DNA of 64,000 bases from assembly GCF_009914755.1 (NCBI RefSeq), contig NC_060928.1; one strand, written 5' to 3'. Positions 29,777-43,451 of the stretch are shown here, one piece after another. Each line of letters starts with the position of its first letter. The stretch's first letter is position 1. The notes under the pieces are model-generated. The model made no database searches and was not told the DNA's origin. It saw only the letters and a program-made list of their open reading frames with translations. The translations under genes and the position numbers were made by a program. Source of the stretch: the human T2T-CHM13v2.0 reference genome, Homo sapiens.

Positions 29777-32700
29777 TGTGAGCTATTTTTTAAAGCCTCA
29801 TATCTTTTGAAGCAGTCTATTACTGCAACTAACAAATATATTAAAGTTGATTTGTCAATTTTTACTTAAAGTATAATATATGTATTCTTATATTTTATGA
29901 GATACTTAGTCCAATATCATGACTACGATTTCCCATTCCTTAGAAAGAATTGTTTTCCTGGGGATGTTTCTGACTTTTGGTCATTGGTTTTTAATCTATT
30001 TTGTGGCATATTCAGTTTGTCACAATCAGTCTTCAGGTTACAGGAATCCAGAAGAACTCATAAATTCAGGGCTTTGTTTAAAAACAACAACAACAAAACA
30101 AAACAAAAACAAAACTTTTGCGCCTACTCTTTCACTGATATATTTCTTTCTTGCTTTTTCATACAAAGGTTTTGATTCTGCAGATATGCAAGTTTTTTTC
30201 TATCCTGCAACACCTTTTTTTTTTCATAGAACATGTCATTTCCGTTGCCCAAAACATCCTTTTTCATCCTGCCATTTCCTGTCTCTGATATAGACTTTCC
30301 TACCTGAAACTCACCTTTTCAGAAACTCCTTACTTGATTGATCCTGGAAAGATCTTATCTCTACTTTACTTAACATTCCTTCTGTACTTGTGTTCTCCAA
30401 TTGCCTAATCTTAGACTCAGGTTTTTAGAACTTGACAAGATATTTGAGACCTTTGCCAGCATAGTTTTTCCTTGTAGCTGTTAATTTAGCGGGGAAAAAT
30501 TACTTCCTCATTTTTTTCAATTTTCATTCTATTGAGTAGTGTCTCTTACCGATTTTCCTGTGAAGTTACATAGTAAAATAAAGTACACCAAGAAAATATG
30601 CAGTTTGACTTGAAAAGACTTGACAAGTTACGATTGGCTCTTTCCATTTTTCCACAATTGGGAATACTTCAAGTGTTCTTTTCTAGTAAGCATTACTTAA
30701 GCTTTTTTCTTTATACATGTTTCTCTTTTATAAATGTAGAAGTCTCACATGTCATTTTAATTTTATGTGAAATTTAAGGCAATTTCAAGATTAAAAGCAA
30801 GAACAAACTAGTTTTCCATATATACACCACTTCTGCCTTCTTGCTGAAATACACTGATAAGGGTTTTCCTCCTGCCCTCTCTGTTACAAACATATCTTAG
30901 ATTCATAAGCTCTTTAACATGCTCACTGTTAAGCATATGCAGAGAATCTGTCATTCTCTGACACCCAGGATTAGAAGTAGAGAATATTAATTTGTGGTAC
31001 CCAGGACCTTAAGTTATCTTCCAGAAGTCTTTTGAAGTAATCATTAATCCAAAATATACCTGAAATACTGAAGTGTAACTTTATCCTAAATTATCATGTA
31101 TAACAATAACATTTTGGGAAAATGTGCATAGATTTCTGAAAAGATTTACAAATGAGTTATTGGAATAAACTCTTATGAGTTGATGGATTTTTTATGGATT
31201 TGATTTAGCAAACAATGAAAATTATAAGCTATCAGATGACTATTGAGTGTACACAAATTATGGGGAATACACTATTTGGGATGCCTTGAAATTAAAGGAA
31301 TTTATAGTCTGCAAAAAAAAAATGACATATGTATACAAATAATTTTATCACACGTTCAAATATGAACAGAACCAAAGAAGCTATAAAGTACTCTCAAAGA
31401 AGATAAATTCTTAAATTTGGCATAATTAGACATGAATTGATATAGTAAGTGACATTTCAACTGACCTGGAAGGATCTGTTGAAGTTAGCATTTGAGCTGA
31501 GCTTGAAGGACCTGTTGAATTTCAATAGATGGAAGTACTTCTAACAAAGGAAATCAGAGAGAGTAAAGTCACCAGAGTGGTCAGGGATGGGATAAGCTAA
31601 GGGAATGTAGAACCATGTAGTGTTGATCAAAGGAGGAAGTAAGAAACAGAAGGACCTTGGATGTCAGCTGGTAGTTGGACCAATGAAAATTTCAAGATTT
31701 TTCTCATGGGTATTTTTTTTTTTTTTAAGTAACTAGTGTAGAGAACTTGAGCATTGGCATTGAGTGGAGAGTATTTTAATAGGTCTTTTAAAATAAACTG
31801 GTTGGCATTGGGAAGTGCACTTTTATGATGGGTCTAGGAGTTAAGATAAAAAGAAATTGGTGAGAAAGTACATTTTGGGCTGCTTATTCAAAGACATACC
31901 TCTATTACAGACTTCTCTGTGAGCATAGTGATAAATTGTATTAATGGAAAAAAGTCATGGTATTGAAGGATTAGAAGAGCACATAAATCCAAATTTTAGT
32001 TCCACAGAATTGGCTGTATAGAATATAATGAGATGAAAGAGTGCTCTTGGCAGGTCAGTTCCTTTAGGGGAGGCTGAGGGTCATAGCAACCCCAAATAGC
32101 TATGTTTGATAACTGATGTTTATTCTAACGTTGGAGTCTTTGCTGGGTCCAGTTAGGATTTTTATCTTATTCTGATCTCATTGTTTATGCAGGAAAAGAA
32201 TAAGATTTATTTTTAAATTGTTTTTATGTAAGGTAGTACATGGAAGAGTACACAGTCTAGAAGGCACTGTATCATGGCTCTACATGTTTCTGCCCAAGGT
32301 ACAAAATCTTTCCTTGAGATGACCAAGCCACTCATCCCAGGATTAATGTACCATTGCCCATACCGTTCTGGATCGTTGACTTTGTTGCAAACGAGTTTAC
32401 TTCCTGAATAGTTGTAGAAATAGATTATGAAAAGTGGGGAGTGAGATGAAGGAGAAAGGGTGATCAAGTTCCTAGTTTTCTAGTCTATATAATCACTTAC
32501 CCCATAAAAGTTAAAGACTTCTCTTCCCTTGAACATATATGCTATTCATGCTCATAAGATAGAAACACTAGAGCTAATGAAAATATCCATGACGTTATAG
32601 TCGTAGAATATGACCTTATTGCATATTGTGGCCTTTGCCTAGCTTTATACATACTACACTAGGCATTTAAGAGAAGCTGACTCAAGTATACTTTGATATT

Positions 32701-33749
32701 GTCATTGACCTGGAAGGATCTATTTGAGTGATTTACCCTGGAAATTATGTGAATTTGACCTGTTTTAGCCAAGTCCTGCACTTACTGTCTTTCTCTATAT
32801 AGATGTATAATCTAGAAATGCTAAATATCAGTATTACATTAGAAAAAGAGAAATTTTCTTTAAGAAGGGATTCTTTAGTTGCCAATGAATTTTTGACATA
32901 TAATTTAACTGATTATAAATGTATTTCTAATTGGTTTGGAAATGTTGGTGTGCAACCTTTAATTGCCTGTCACTAAACTGTTCCTTTAGAAATTCAACTC
33001 TGAAATCAAGAGAAAACTGGGCTACAATTTACAGAGATTTAATATAAGTGCATTTTTGGAAAATTTATTATTTATTTTTAGGCTCTTTATTTCCCCAGTC
33101 TTCAGGGAGGAAGTAGGGCAGAGGCAGTATTAATGTGCTGTTAATGAAGCTCATGAATCTGAAATGGACTATGAACTTCTGAGGAGGAAACCATATCTTG
33201 CTCTCTTATATTCCTGACACCTGGTGCCTGGCACATAGAAGGTGACCAGCAAAAGTTTGTTAACTGATATTGAATTATTGATGAAATGAATATGCATGCA
33301 GGTTAAACAAGATCTGCACTGCGCTCTGTCTTTGTTGGTAATATCAGTGGACTTCAAAAGGGAATATAGCTACCAGAATTATTTTGGAAATTAATTTGGA
33401 AATGTAGTAAGTATTACATTTTCTTTGTTGGAGTATTAATGAAGACCATAGGTTAATGGATTAGAAGTAGGTTATTTGGTATTATTGGCCTCAACTTTAT
33501 CCACTCTCGTATTTTCTTAGAAGAGATAACTTAATGTGTTTAAAGTCACAAAGTAGGTATTCAGTGACTGTTGGTTATGTTCTATTCTCCCTGATCTTTA
33601 TGAGAAAAAAAAAATGTTAGGGACCTCATGTGGATCTCTTAGTGCTGTTTTTCAGATTCCATTTATGACTCTTGAGAAAGAAACCAAATGAAGATGCATT
33701 AGAGACATTTCAGCCCCTAGAGCTGCAAAATCTACCCTAGTAACGTTTA

Positions 33750-34252
33750 AGCAACCACCTATTATACCTATAGTTGAGGAATTCAGACAGAATAGCAGGA
33801 ACAACTTTTCTGTGCTCTATACTGTCTGGGGAATCAGCTAGAACACTTGAGAGCTAGAGGCTGGAATCATCCTCAGGCTTGTTCAGTCTCATGTTTGACA
33901 GTTAAAATTAGCTGTTGGCTGAGACTTTAGTTGAGCTAGTAGCTACAACACCTTCCCTTGTCTTCATGTTGCCTTCTTTACTGATATGGCATAGTGTTTG
34001 GAAAAGAAGGGTGCATTTTGCAAGAGAGAGAGAAGTAGGTGTCAAGTGTATCTTTTGTTATCTAACCTTAGAACTCACATAGGATTACTTCTTCTGTAAT
34101 CAGTTGACCAGAGAAGTCACGAGTCAGCCAAAGCTTACCTGCCCAAGTTTATACAGTGTGGACGTAGCACCTCTTGATGGGGACTTTCTGAAAACACATG
34201 TGGGACTGGAAATACTAATTTAGCTGTTTATGGGAACATACAGTCTGCCACA
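33750..34252 (-). mobile_element. MLT1 (F/G/H-like) LTR
   Basis: 'ggaattcagacag...gctggaatcatc...gctgttggctgagac...cacctcttgatggg...agtctgccaca'. Confidence 0.6.
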
Positions 34253-34849
34253 CAATATAATTCCTATGTCTTTTGCAATGGCTTTATAATTTTCAAGTAT
34301 GACTGATAACTTATATTTCCCTACATTGTTTTTACAAAATAGACCACTTACCAATTCCCGGTACCTAGTTTTTTGTTTTTTGTTTTTTTTTTTGTAAAGT
34401 AATTTGCAGCTTATTATGTTATTTAGATGCTGAAATTGATGGAGGGAAGTTTAAATTTAAAAATAAAAATCGATTATCTAGATTTTTCCACAATAAACTT
34501 TTATTTATTTAGTTTGCATCATCCAGAATCCTGGGATATTTGTTTTTGTTTGTTTTGTGTGTTTTTTCTCTAAAACAGTTTATTTGGGAATAGCAAGGGT
34601 CTGCAATGCTGGATATGCATGCCATTGCAGACCATGGATGCATCTGTGAGGGGTTTGGAGTAAGGGGAAGCTTTTAGAGACAAAAAGAAGTCCACATAAG
34701 TTGTTTTGAAACAAAGATTATTGGTTACAGGGGCTTATTCTAGGTGGTGGTGTTTGTTACTTGGTGGTAATGCTTGTTGATAGTAAACCATGTTTCTCAT
34801 GTGGAATTGTTAAATTGAAAGCTGTCTTTTTTTATTTAATTTTTCTTTT

Positions 34850-35490
34850 GTAATATAACAATCCCCAACTACATTATTTTTAAAACAATATTAAGTCTGC
34901 AGGAAATTTGCAAACTCAGTTCAAAGTTATTTTTTTTACCAGAACCATCTGACAATAAGATTTCTATATGATACCCTGTCACCCTCCAAAACATTGATAT
35001 ATATTTTGTGCACATGAGGGCATTTTTCTGCATAATCACAATACAAACCATAAAAATAAGGAAATTAACAATGATATATTACTACCATCTAAGTTTTACA
35101 CCTCAATGAAGTTTTGTGAGAGCCACTAATAATGTCCTTAATAAGGAAAGGATCCAGTTCAGAATTATCAGTGGCCTTTATTTGCTATGTCTTTAGGCTC
35201 CTTCTTGAACACTTACTCAGTGTTTCTTAGATTCTCATTGTTTTGATGTTGTTGAAGGATATCGGCCTGTTGTATAGAATGTCCCTCAATTTGGGTTTAT
35301 CATTTGTTCCTCATAATTGGATTCAGGTTTTGCATCCTTACAGGAATATCACAGAAGGGATGCTATATTCTGCATGTTGCATCTGATTAGGTGGTACGTG
35401 ATTTTGACTTGCTTCATTATTGATGATGTCCACTTTAATCGTTTGATTAAGGTGTTACTTACAAGACTTCTTTGCTGTCACATTACTAAT
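34850..35490 (-). mobile_element. Old L1M (L1MC/MD-like) 3' fragment
   Basis: 'cataatcacaatacaa...ggaaattaacaatgata...aggatccagttcag...gaatgtccctcaatttgggttt'. Confidence 0.6.
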
Positions 35491-36074
35491 TTTACTTGGT
35501 AGTCAGAATTGGAAGCTATGTAAATATTTCTCATCAGTCTCTGTGTCTTTATGGCATAATACTGATTATCATGAAAAAAATTGAGTGTTTTCTTTTTGTT
35601 TTTGTTTTTTTTTCTGGAAAGAAAGGAGGCAGACAGATTAGCTAGCAAGACTGCCTTTCTTTTGTTTATGTAGGTCACATAATTTAGTAGCTAAGCTTGA
35701 TTTTTGAAAGGAGACATTTCTTTAAAGTGCTCAATAATTTGTTTAAAGTTCTAGGGAAACGACAGTGTTATTTATCCTGTTAACTGAATGGCAAAATAAA
35801 GCAGTGTACTTGCTGTTTATCCTTTCAAAGACTTAGATTACTATTAGCTTTCTTGATTTATTAAAAGAAATAAGTATTGAGCACCTACTGCATCTTACAC
35901 CTAGGAGAAGAAAAGTCTTGTGAATAAACTCACATGCTACAAGAAGTGTGGTAGGTGCCCTGTTGAAAGAACAGGTCTCACAGGGGAGAACAATAGAGGA
36001 GATACTTTGTTGTGATCTTGGTAAATAACTGTGACCTGAGGGGGAAGTTTCAGGCACCCAAGGCAGGCTGTATT

Positions 36075-36170
36075 TGGGGGAGTGAAGAGTAGATAAAATA
36101 TTGGTACCTGATGAATCTGAGGCCAGGTTTCAATACTTTATCTGCTCTTCATTTCCCCATATCTACTTAC
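36075..36170 (+). ncRNA. MIR577: MIR577 intronic pre-miRNA; mature 5p (G)UAGAUAAAAUAUUGGUACCUG at ~36089/36090-36110
   Basis: gggggagtgaagagtagataaaatattggtacctg pairs with caggtttcaatactttatctgctcttcatttcccc. The mature sequence matches recalled hsa-miR-577, known to lie in a UGT8 intron. Confidence 0.95.
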
Positions 36171-38898
36171 TGTAGGTACGGCCTCATTAAAAAATATAAA
36201 CTCTCTGAAGACAGAACATTTTGTTTATTTATTCTTTGATATGTCCCAAGTGTCAGATATGGTACATAGCAGCTGGTCATGGCTATCAAATAATCATTTA
36301 TCAAATAGTGACCCAGAAATTAGGTGGGTTTCCAAGTCCATTAATCAAATTTCTTTTGTAACGTAAGAAAGATTTAGATATCATTTCCGTAGTGATTTTT
36401 TTTTTCTGGTGAGAGTTTCACCTCCGTTTATTATTTTTGTCCTTTTTTTCTATCTCGTGGTTACTTTCCATATCTCCTCAGTACCTTGCCATCATCATAT
36501 CCTCGGGATGTCCCTGCTGCTTGTGTTCAGTTCCTTGAAGGTCTTAAGAACCTTGAAAATTTAACTTTTCAAAGTCAAATCAGGGTTTCAAATTTTGCTT
36601 ACTTATTTTAATTGTAACTGTACTGGCAAAATTAATCAAGCTCACAATGAAGAAAAACCGATACTGCAGAATCTCAGTGGAAATGAATACACCCTTCTGG
36701 GTGCTTATTTCATTCTCCTGAACTTTCACTGTGTTGAAGGCATCTTTTGAGATTTTAAAAATAGAACCATTGCCTTGACATTGATCTCTCTATTGCTTCT
36801 GTAGCGTAATTGTAGTTTATACCCTTCTAGATGATCTGGGAAATCATTTGAGTTTTCTGAAAAACTGAAAACTAGATTTGATGCTGCATGTGAACATTTT
36901 TGGTACTACTTTTCATTTATGTATTTTAAACAACTTTATTCTGAAAAGTCCAAAACATAGTGAACAAATACAACTGAGAGAAAATATCTTGGTGCAGAAT
37001 GACCTTTTTTTTTTTCCTTTTCTCAATGTGGATATCATTTCAGTCCATAATCTGTGTATTACTTATCAGATATCATGGCCAGGGAAGAGAACAGCATAAT
37101 TTTTAGTTGACAAAGCACTTTTATATATTTAATCTCATTTAATCTCTGCAGTGTGCTTGTAAAGTATCGTAAGTGTTTTTAGAGATGAGGAAGCTGGGCC
37201 TCAGAGAGAATAGGTGGCATCATTAAGATCATACAGCAAATTGTGGAATTGGGGTTTGAAGCAAGCCTCTTGCCAAACAAATCAGTGAAAACAATGATTG
37301 GTGCATTTTTATTTTGAATGGTGACCTTTATATTTTCAGTGTTGTTTGTTGTTGTTGTTTAATAAGTCTTGGTTAACTATATTAGCAGTAGTCAGAGATC
37401 ACATTTGATATCCCAAGATTTTTTTAAGAGCATTTGCTATCAAAATGTTCACTATCATTTTACCTACTAAATTTTGCAGAATGAAATTCTTTGCAACCCA
37501 CCTGACCAAAGCAGAGCATTCTTTGTATCAGAAATATTAAATGGGAAAAGAGGCCTATTGATGTTGGTGTTGGGAATAAGAAAAGGAACTCCAACACCCA
37601 ACCCCCTCATCTCCCATTATCATCTCTGTGTAGGATTCTCTCACAGTCCAGGCATTCTTTTCCTCAGAATGGATGGGGCCAACAAAGGATGCAGTGTTAT
37701 AGGTTTCTCTACTGTGCTGGCCCCTTCTCAAGGCTCCCATTCTTGGAGGAGAGAAAAGAGTGGGTTTGGGTTGCAGGCTGGTATCAGGAGAGATCTGGAG
37801 TGCAAACATGACAGCCTAGTGTGTCCCCACACCTCAGACCTGTTATCCTCTCTAGAGGTCTAAAAGACTCTGATGTCCTCAGAATCCAGGATAGCAAGGA
37901 TGGAGGTGGGCTTGCACCGTTCAACTTTTAATTATACTTGCACTGTTTCTGAAGCTCATTTTTTAAGAAGCTACTTACAATTTTCTTGCATTGGGATGTG
38001 TTTTACATTGGCCACAATGAATAAAAAAAAAATTGTTTATTTTCGGATAGGGGGATGAGTATATTTTTAAGAAGGCATTACCCAATGAGTGTCTTCTTTA
38101 AAAGTTTCAAGATCTTGCTTTCCACTTCTTTGAATATTTTTTCACCATCTTCCATTGTTTGACATCCCTAATATCAAAACATTACCTGAAAATAATGAAA
38201 ATTTTATACTTTGGGAGTAGTTGCTCCCCGAGTCTGACTCTGGTACATTGCTTAGCTTCTGTTCTGCCCCATCTCCAGCCTCACAGAGCCAGGCTGCTTT
38301 ACCGGCTTAAGCTGGACAGTACCACATGGAGGGACATGGGAGGACAACAAGCCCCTCACTACATTCTTCCTGTGGTCCAGTCAAGGCATTTGGTATATAA
38401 TTACTCTAGGATAAGAAATCTGGCAATACTAGAAACAAATCAGTGTCTATCCGGATCACGATCATTAAAATAAATGCAAATACTTAACATATAGCATCTG
38501 ATTATAGGAAATAGAATGTATATTATCCATATTTCCTTATTATGCTACCTTTTCCCATAAAAGACTTCAAACAGATGACTTAATCCTACAAGAAGATAAA
38601 ATGATTATTTTTATTGTAAGGTTGTCTTTTCAAAAGACATAGAAAATTACTTTATAGCTATAAACAAAATTACTTTATAGATATCTGTTACTTAAGTTGC
38701 ATAGGAATGGAATTATTCATTCTGATATAGTGAGGGGAGTGCCTATGAGTGTTGCTGATTTCTGGTTCAGTATTTGGTCCCTTATTGTGATCATTTTCTT
38801 TTCAATTTGAAGATGTCAGTTTTTCCCCTATACCCATAGAGGTAGTCCGGGATTGGGCATGTAAGCAGGTTGAGCCCAGATGTCGCTCCATTCCTGTC

Positions 38899-38912
38899 CT
38901 GCCATCTAGTGG
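38899..38912 (-). promoter_or_regulatory. Candidate CTCF site
   Basis: Minus strand reads CCACTAGATGGCAG, a common strong variant of the CTCF core motif, in locally GC-richer non-repeat sequence. Confidence 0.5.
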
Positions 38913-39099
38913 AGAAATGTGCATGCAGTGCTGGTCTACGTACAAGACGATGCAATTTCTAAATTCCTGTATTGAGTGAAATGGAAGGCTTATTCTGTAC
39001 CTTATCCACAAATATTCATAACTTACTTAAGAAGTAGTAGTACTGGTAGTAAATGGCCATTGATGAGTTACCAAAAAAGATGGGTCCTTAAAAATATGC

Positions 39100-39560
39100 T
39101 AAGTATAAGAGTAACAGAATCCCCAAAATGAAAAGTAATAAAATCTAACATTGCAAATATAAAAATGTAAAATAAAACTCTTTGGTATTGGCACAGAGAT
39201 GGATAGATCATTGGAACAGAATAGAATTCAGAAACAGACTGTGAGGGTGGCATTTCAAATAATTGAGATGATGAGATATTAAATAACTAATGTTGACAAG
39301 ACTGGCTAACCATTTGGTTAAAAATAAAGATGGATGTCACTGTTACTCTTTCCTTCAGAATAAATTCTCATTGGATAAAAGATTAAAACATTAAAGAAAT
39401 GATGCTGTAAAATTATGAAAAGAAAATATGGACCATTTCAAAGATAATCTTGAAGTGAGAAAAGCTTGCTAATAACAGTAAACCCAGAGGCCATTTAAAA
39501 AAAGACATTTATCCTTCCAGCAAACAAACAAAAACAGTTACAAGAAAATTACAAAAAAAT
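39100..39560 (+). mobile_element. Old L1M ORF2 fragment
   Basis: 'tggtattggcacagagatggatagatcattggaacagaatagaattcagaaacagac' and 'taaattctcattggataaaagattaaa'. Confidence 0.6.
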
Positions 39561-39927
39561 AATATCTAAAGGGTAAATTCTAGGTTCTATTCTTTAAAAT
39601 GAATTAAATATTAATGAAATATTAAATATCGACAGAGTCGATATAGACAATATGAAAACAGACTATATAGACAATATGAAAACAATTTGAATTTGTTTCT
39701 CTGATTATTCATGTGAAACAAAGGTTCTTTTCATGTTTATGCCATTAAGTTGTCTTCTGTGAATTGGGTGCTTTCTGGTTTTCTGGTGGTGTTTGTGGTT
39801 TTATTCCCCCTATTTTATTTTAGTGTTAATCCTTTATTATGTGTATTGTAATATTTCTGCCAGTCTATTAATTATTTTGTTGATTTTTAAAATGTCTTTT
39901 TAAAATTATAATTCAGTTTAACTTTTA

Positions 39928-40234
<307 letters not shown>

Positions 40235-40589
40235 TCAATTTAACTTTTAATCGCTCTTTGACTTCTACTAGCGGAGGGATAGAACCTCATATTTTTTTCT
40301 TCAATCAGTAGCTGATTGTCTCTGTCATCATGTTCCATTGTCCCCATTTATTCAGATTTCCTTCCTTCTTTGTCCTTTAGAAAAGTTTTCATGTTTTCTT
40401 CATGTATATTTGGTATATTTGGTATATTTCTGTTAGGTTTATTTGTAGGTCTTTATGAATTTTGTTGCTATTATAAATGAATTATTTAGTCCAGTTTTAA
40501 AATTTGGTATTTGACCAGGAGCAGAAGATATTTGACCAGGAGTAGAAGTACTTTTACTTGTAAAAATGTTACATTTCTGGAGTTAGGAT

Positions 40590-40615
40590 TTGTGTGTGTG
40601 TGCGTGTGTGTGTGT
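40590..40615. repeat. (TG)n microsatellite
   Basis: Directly visible. Confidence 0.85.
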
Positions 40616-41424
40616 TGAACACATTTACCATGGAGTTTGTTTTCTAAGAGCTGTTATTAAATAAATTTGCTTTTTATAACTGGGTCTTAAATTCCAAAAA
40701 ATCCTGTATGTTTATATATGGCTAAGATATCCTGAGGGCCTCCCAAACCACTGGACGATATCAGTATTCTTATCGTGAAGTTCCAATTTCAAAGTTTTGC
40801 CGTGAGTTCAGCAAATTTAAGATTGCTTCAACTTCTGGCTCTTGCATCTGTTCATGACTCCAGAACCACCTGCTTGTCAACCGAATCCAAAATCCAACCC
40901 CTTCAATGTTCTCATAAAGCATCCATCACACCAAATGTTCTGTGAATTTAGGCTGAAGATTAGAGATCATGGGGAGGGGTTACATTGAGGGACAGTAAGG
41001 CATCCACTTGCTCACTGTCTCTGCTCCAGCCTTTCATCTCTAACTCAGGAAATAGGAGTTTGCATGTCACCTTGGTTCCCACTCTTCCTTCTAAGCCAAG
41101 TGGAATAATATCTTCTAAAAGTACTGAGATTTTTTCCTGAAGGAAACATGATGAATATAATTTTTTCTACTCTTTCACGTATCAGTAAAGGCTATATATG
41201 GTGCTTACATACACCATGTGTATTCATATGATTTTACCGTGTAGCATTTATGTTTAAGTACATCTAACTTAGGACTGTACATAAAATTTTAAATCATTCT
41301 GCTCTTGTTTATTTCAATCTACGGATAACATTTAAATTTTCAGCATCTTACATATACTTGGTAAATGTAGCAGAATATAAAAGTTTTAATTCAAAATTGA
41401 TATAGTCTCTATTTCTTTTATATA

Positions 41425-41799
41425 CATATGTTCTTTGACTTACAGTGGGGTTCTGTCGTGATAAAACTATCATAAGTTGAAAATATTTTAAGTCAAAATG
41501 TGTTTAATACACCTAACATACCAACGTCATAGCCTAGCCTACCTGAAACGTACTCAGAACACTTCCATTAGCCTACACTTGGAGAAAATCATCTGCCAAG
41601 ACAGTACACAGTTGTGTTTTGGCCATTCAACCTCATGATTACATTGCAGAGTAAGAGCTACAGCTCACTGTCACTGTCCCAGGCATGTGACAAGCCTTGG
41701 AAAAGATCAAAATGCAAAATTTGAAGTACAGTCTCTACTGAAGGAGTATCGCTTTCACAGCATCATAAAGTTGAAAAATCATAAGTCAAGGATTATCTG
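41425..41799. mobile_element. MER47 (B-like) Tigger-family DNA transposon
   Basis: 'gacttacagtggggtt...aatacacctaac...agcctagcctacc...gaaaagatcaaaatgcaaaatttgaagtacag...ataagtcaaggattatctg' flanked by TA dinucleotides. Confidence 0.75.
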
Positions 41800-42116
41800 T
41801 ATTTATAAATAGAGCTTCCTGGAAAATACAATGTTTTGGTAAGGTTTTCTTCCCTACCAGATAATGGTAGCCTATTTTACTTATTCAGTAGCTAGAAGGA
41901 TGTACCTCCTTTCTGTCATCAGTCTCGGTCATGCAGTGACATTATTCGCTAATTTTTGAGAGACAAAATGTGGTCTCTCTGTCCCCTGCTGAGTACAATA
42001 GAGAAAGTTAATACAGATCTCTTTAGGTGATAAAATGAATAGAAAAGGGAAAAAGGGAAAGGAAGGAAAACTTAGGCTTAATGTTCCATTAAATACTTAA
42101 TTAAGGGGTGCAGTGA

Positions 42117-42436
<320 letters not shown>

Positions 42437-42876
42437 GTGATGATACTTCTTATTGTGCAGTACTCCTTAGCTACAAATCACGTTATGCTACAAAGTGGTG
42501 CCAAATGCAGAAGCATGGCTGACACAGGCATGGCAATAACTCTTCCTGAGCTAGAGACCTGCAGGGTCTATGAGATATAACTGTGGCAGCTCACTCTACA
42601 CATTATGAACACAGAATGGGTCAGGCTTCTGCTTTCATGACTGCATTATGGCATAGGAGTCATCAATGCACAGCAAGTGTGTCATTCTTACAGTGGAATT
42701 AATGTGTTCCTCAACGTGCCGTGGCTCTATTTATTTTCCTATGGGAAACTGAAGCTGGGTGTCTTTGGCAAAGATTTATTCAAAAGGATGGCATCATTAA
42801 AAACAAGCTTGTGCCTATAGAACAAAATGAAGTAAGGATGGTATTTCTTAAAATGAACTGCTTTGATTTTCAACAC

Positions 42877-42943
42877 AAATCAATCATACTGGCAAAAATT
42901 TGTAAATGATACATTAACAAATTTTTGCCAGTATGATTGATTT
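42877..42943. repeat. Near-perfect 32-bp inverted repeat with 3-nt loop
   Basis: aaatcaatcatactggcaaaaatttgtaaatg-ata-cattaacaaatttttgccagtatgattgattt; one mismatch. Confidence 0.92.
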
Positions 42944-43308
42944 TTCATATGTTTAATCCACATCTTTTGTTTGTGTCTGCATACAAATTTTTTTCTGAAC
43001 ATGCATCAGTTGTCATTTCCAATTTTTGACCTTTTTCTGAGATTTTAAGCCTTTAGCAACTGATTTTTTAAGTTGTTTTTGTTACTTACAGATCTTACCA
43101 AATAAACCACATGTCCTCATTTCAGTTAGCATTATCAGATGAAATGTTGTAAACAAAAGCAGTTATTTAGAAGAAAATATCATATCGTTTACTTTCTAAT
43201 TGTTTAAGAAAATTACTTAAAAGGTTTTTTTTTAACTGGGCTGTTAATAACACCAATTATAAACTACATTGGTCTTCGTAAAACTTACTGCCATGTTTTG
43301 ATTTACAG

Positions 43309-43451
43309 GATCTCCAAAGATGGGTAAATGGTGCTAATGAACATGGCTTTGTCTTGGTGTCTTTTGGAGCTGGTGTCAAGTATCTGTCAGAAGACATTGC
43401 TAACAAACTGGCAGGAGCTCTGGGGAGATTGCCTCAAAAAGTGATTTGGAG
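43309..43451 (+). CDS. UGT8: UGT8 second coding exon (DLQRWVNGANEHGFVLVSFGAGVKYLSEDIANKLAGALGRLPQKVIWR)
   Basis: ttttgatttacag|GAT ... TGGAG|gtaagg. 143 nt, phase 0 to 2. Typical UGT 'VSFG' and 'PQKVIWR' motifs. Confidence 0.97.

Noticed and set aside
31462-32721. Exact 16-mer tgacctggaaggatct at 31462 and 32706
   Set aside because: About one such match is expected by chance in 64 kb, and the flanks do not align.
34570-34830. Possible ERV LTR fragment
   Set aside because: Resembles an LTR end, but I cannot assign a family or boundaries reliably.
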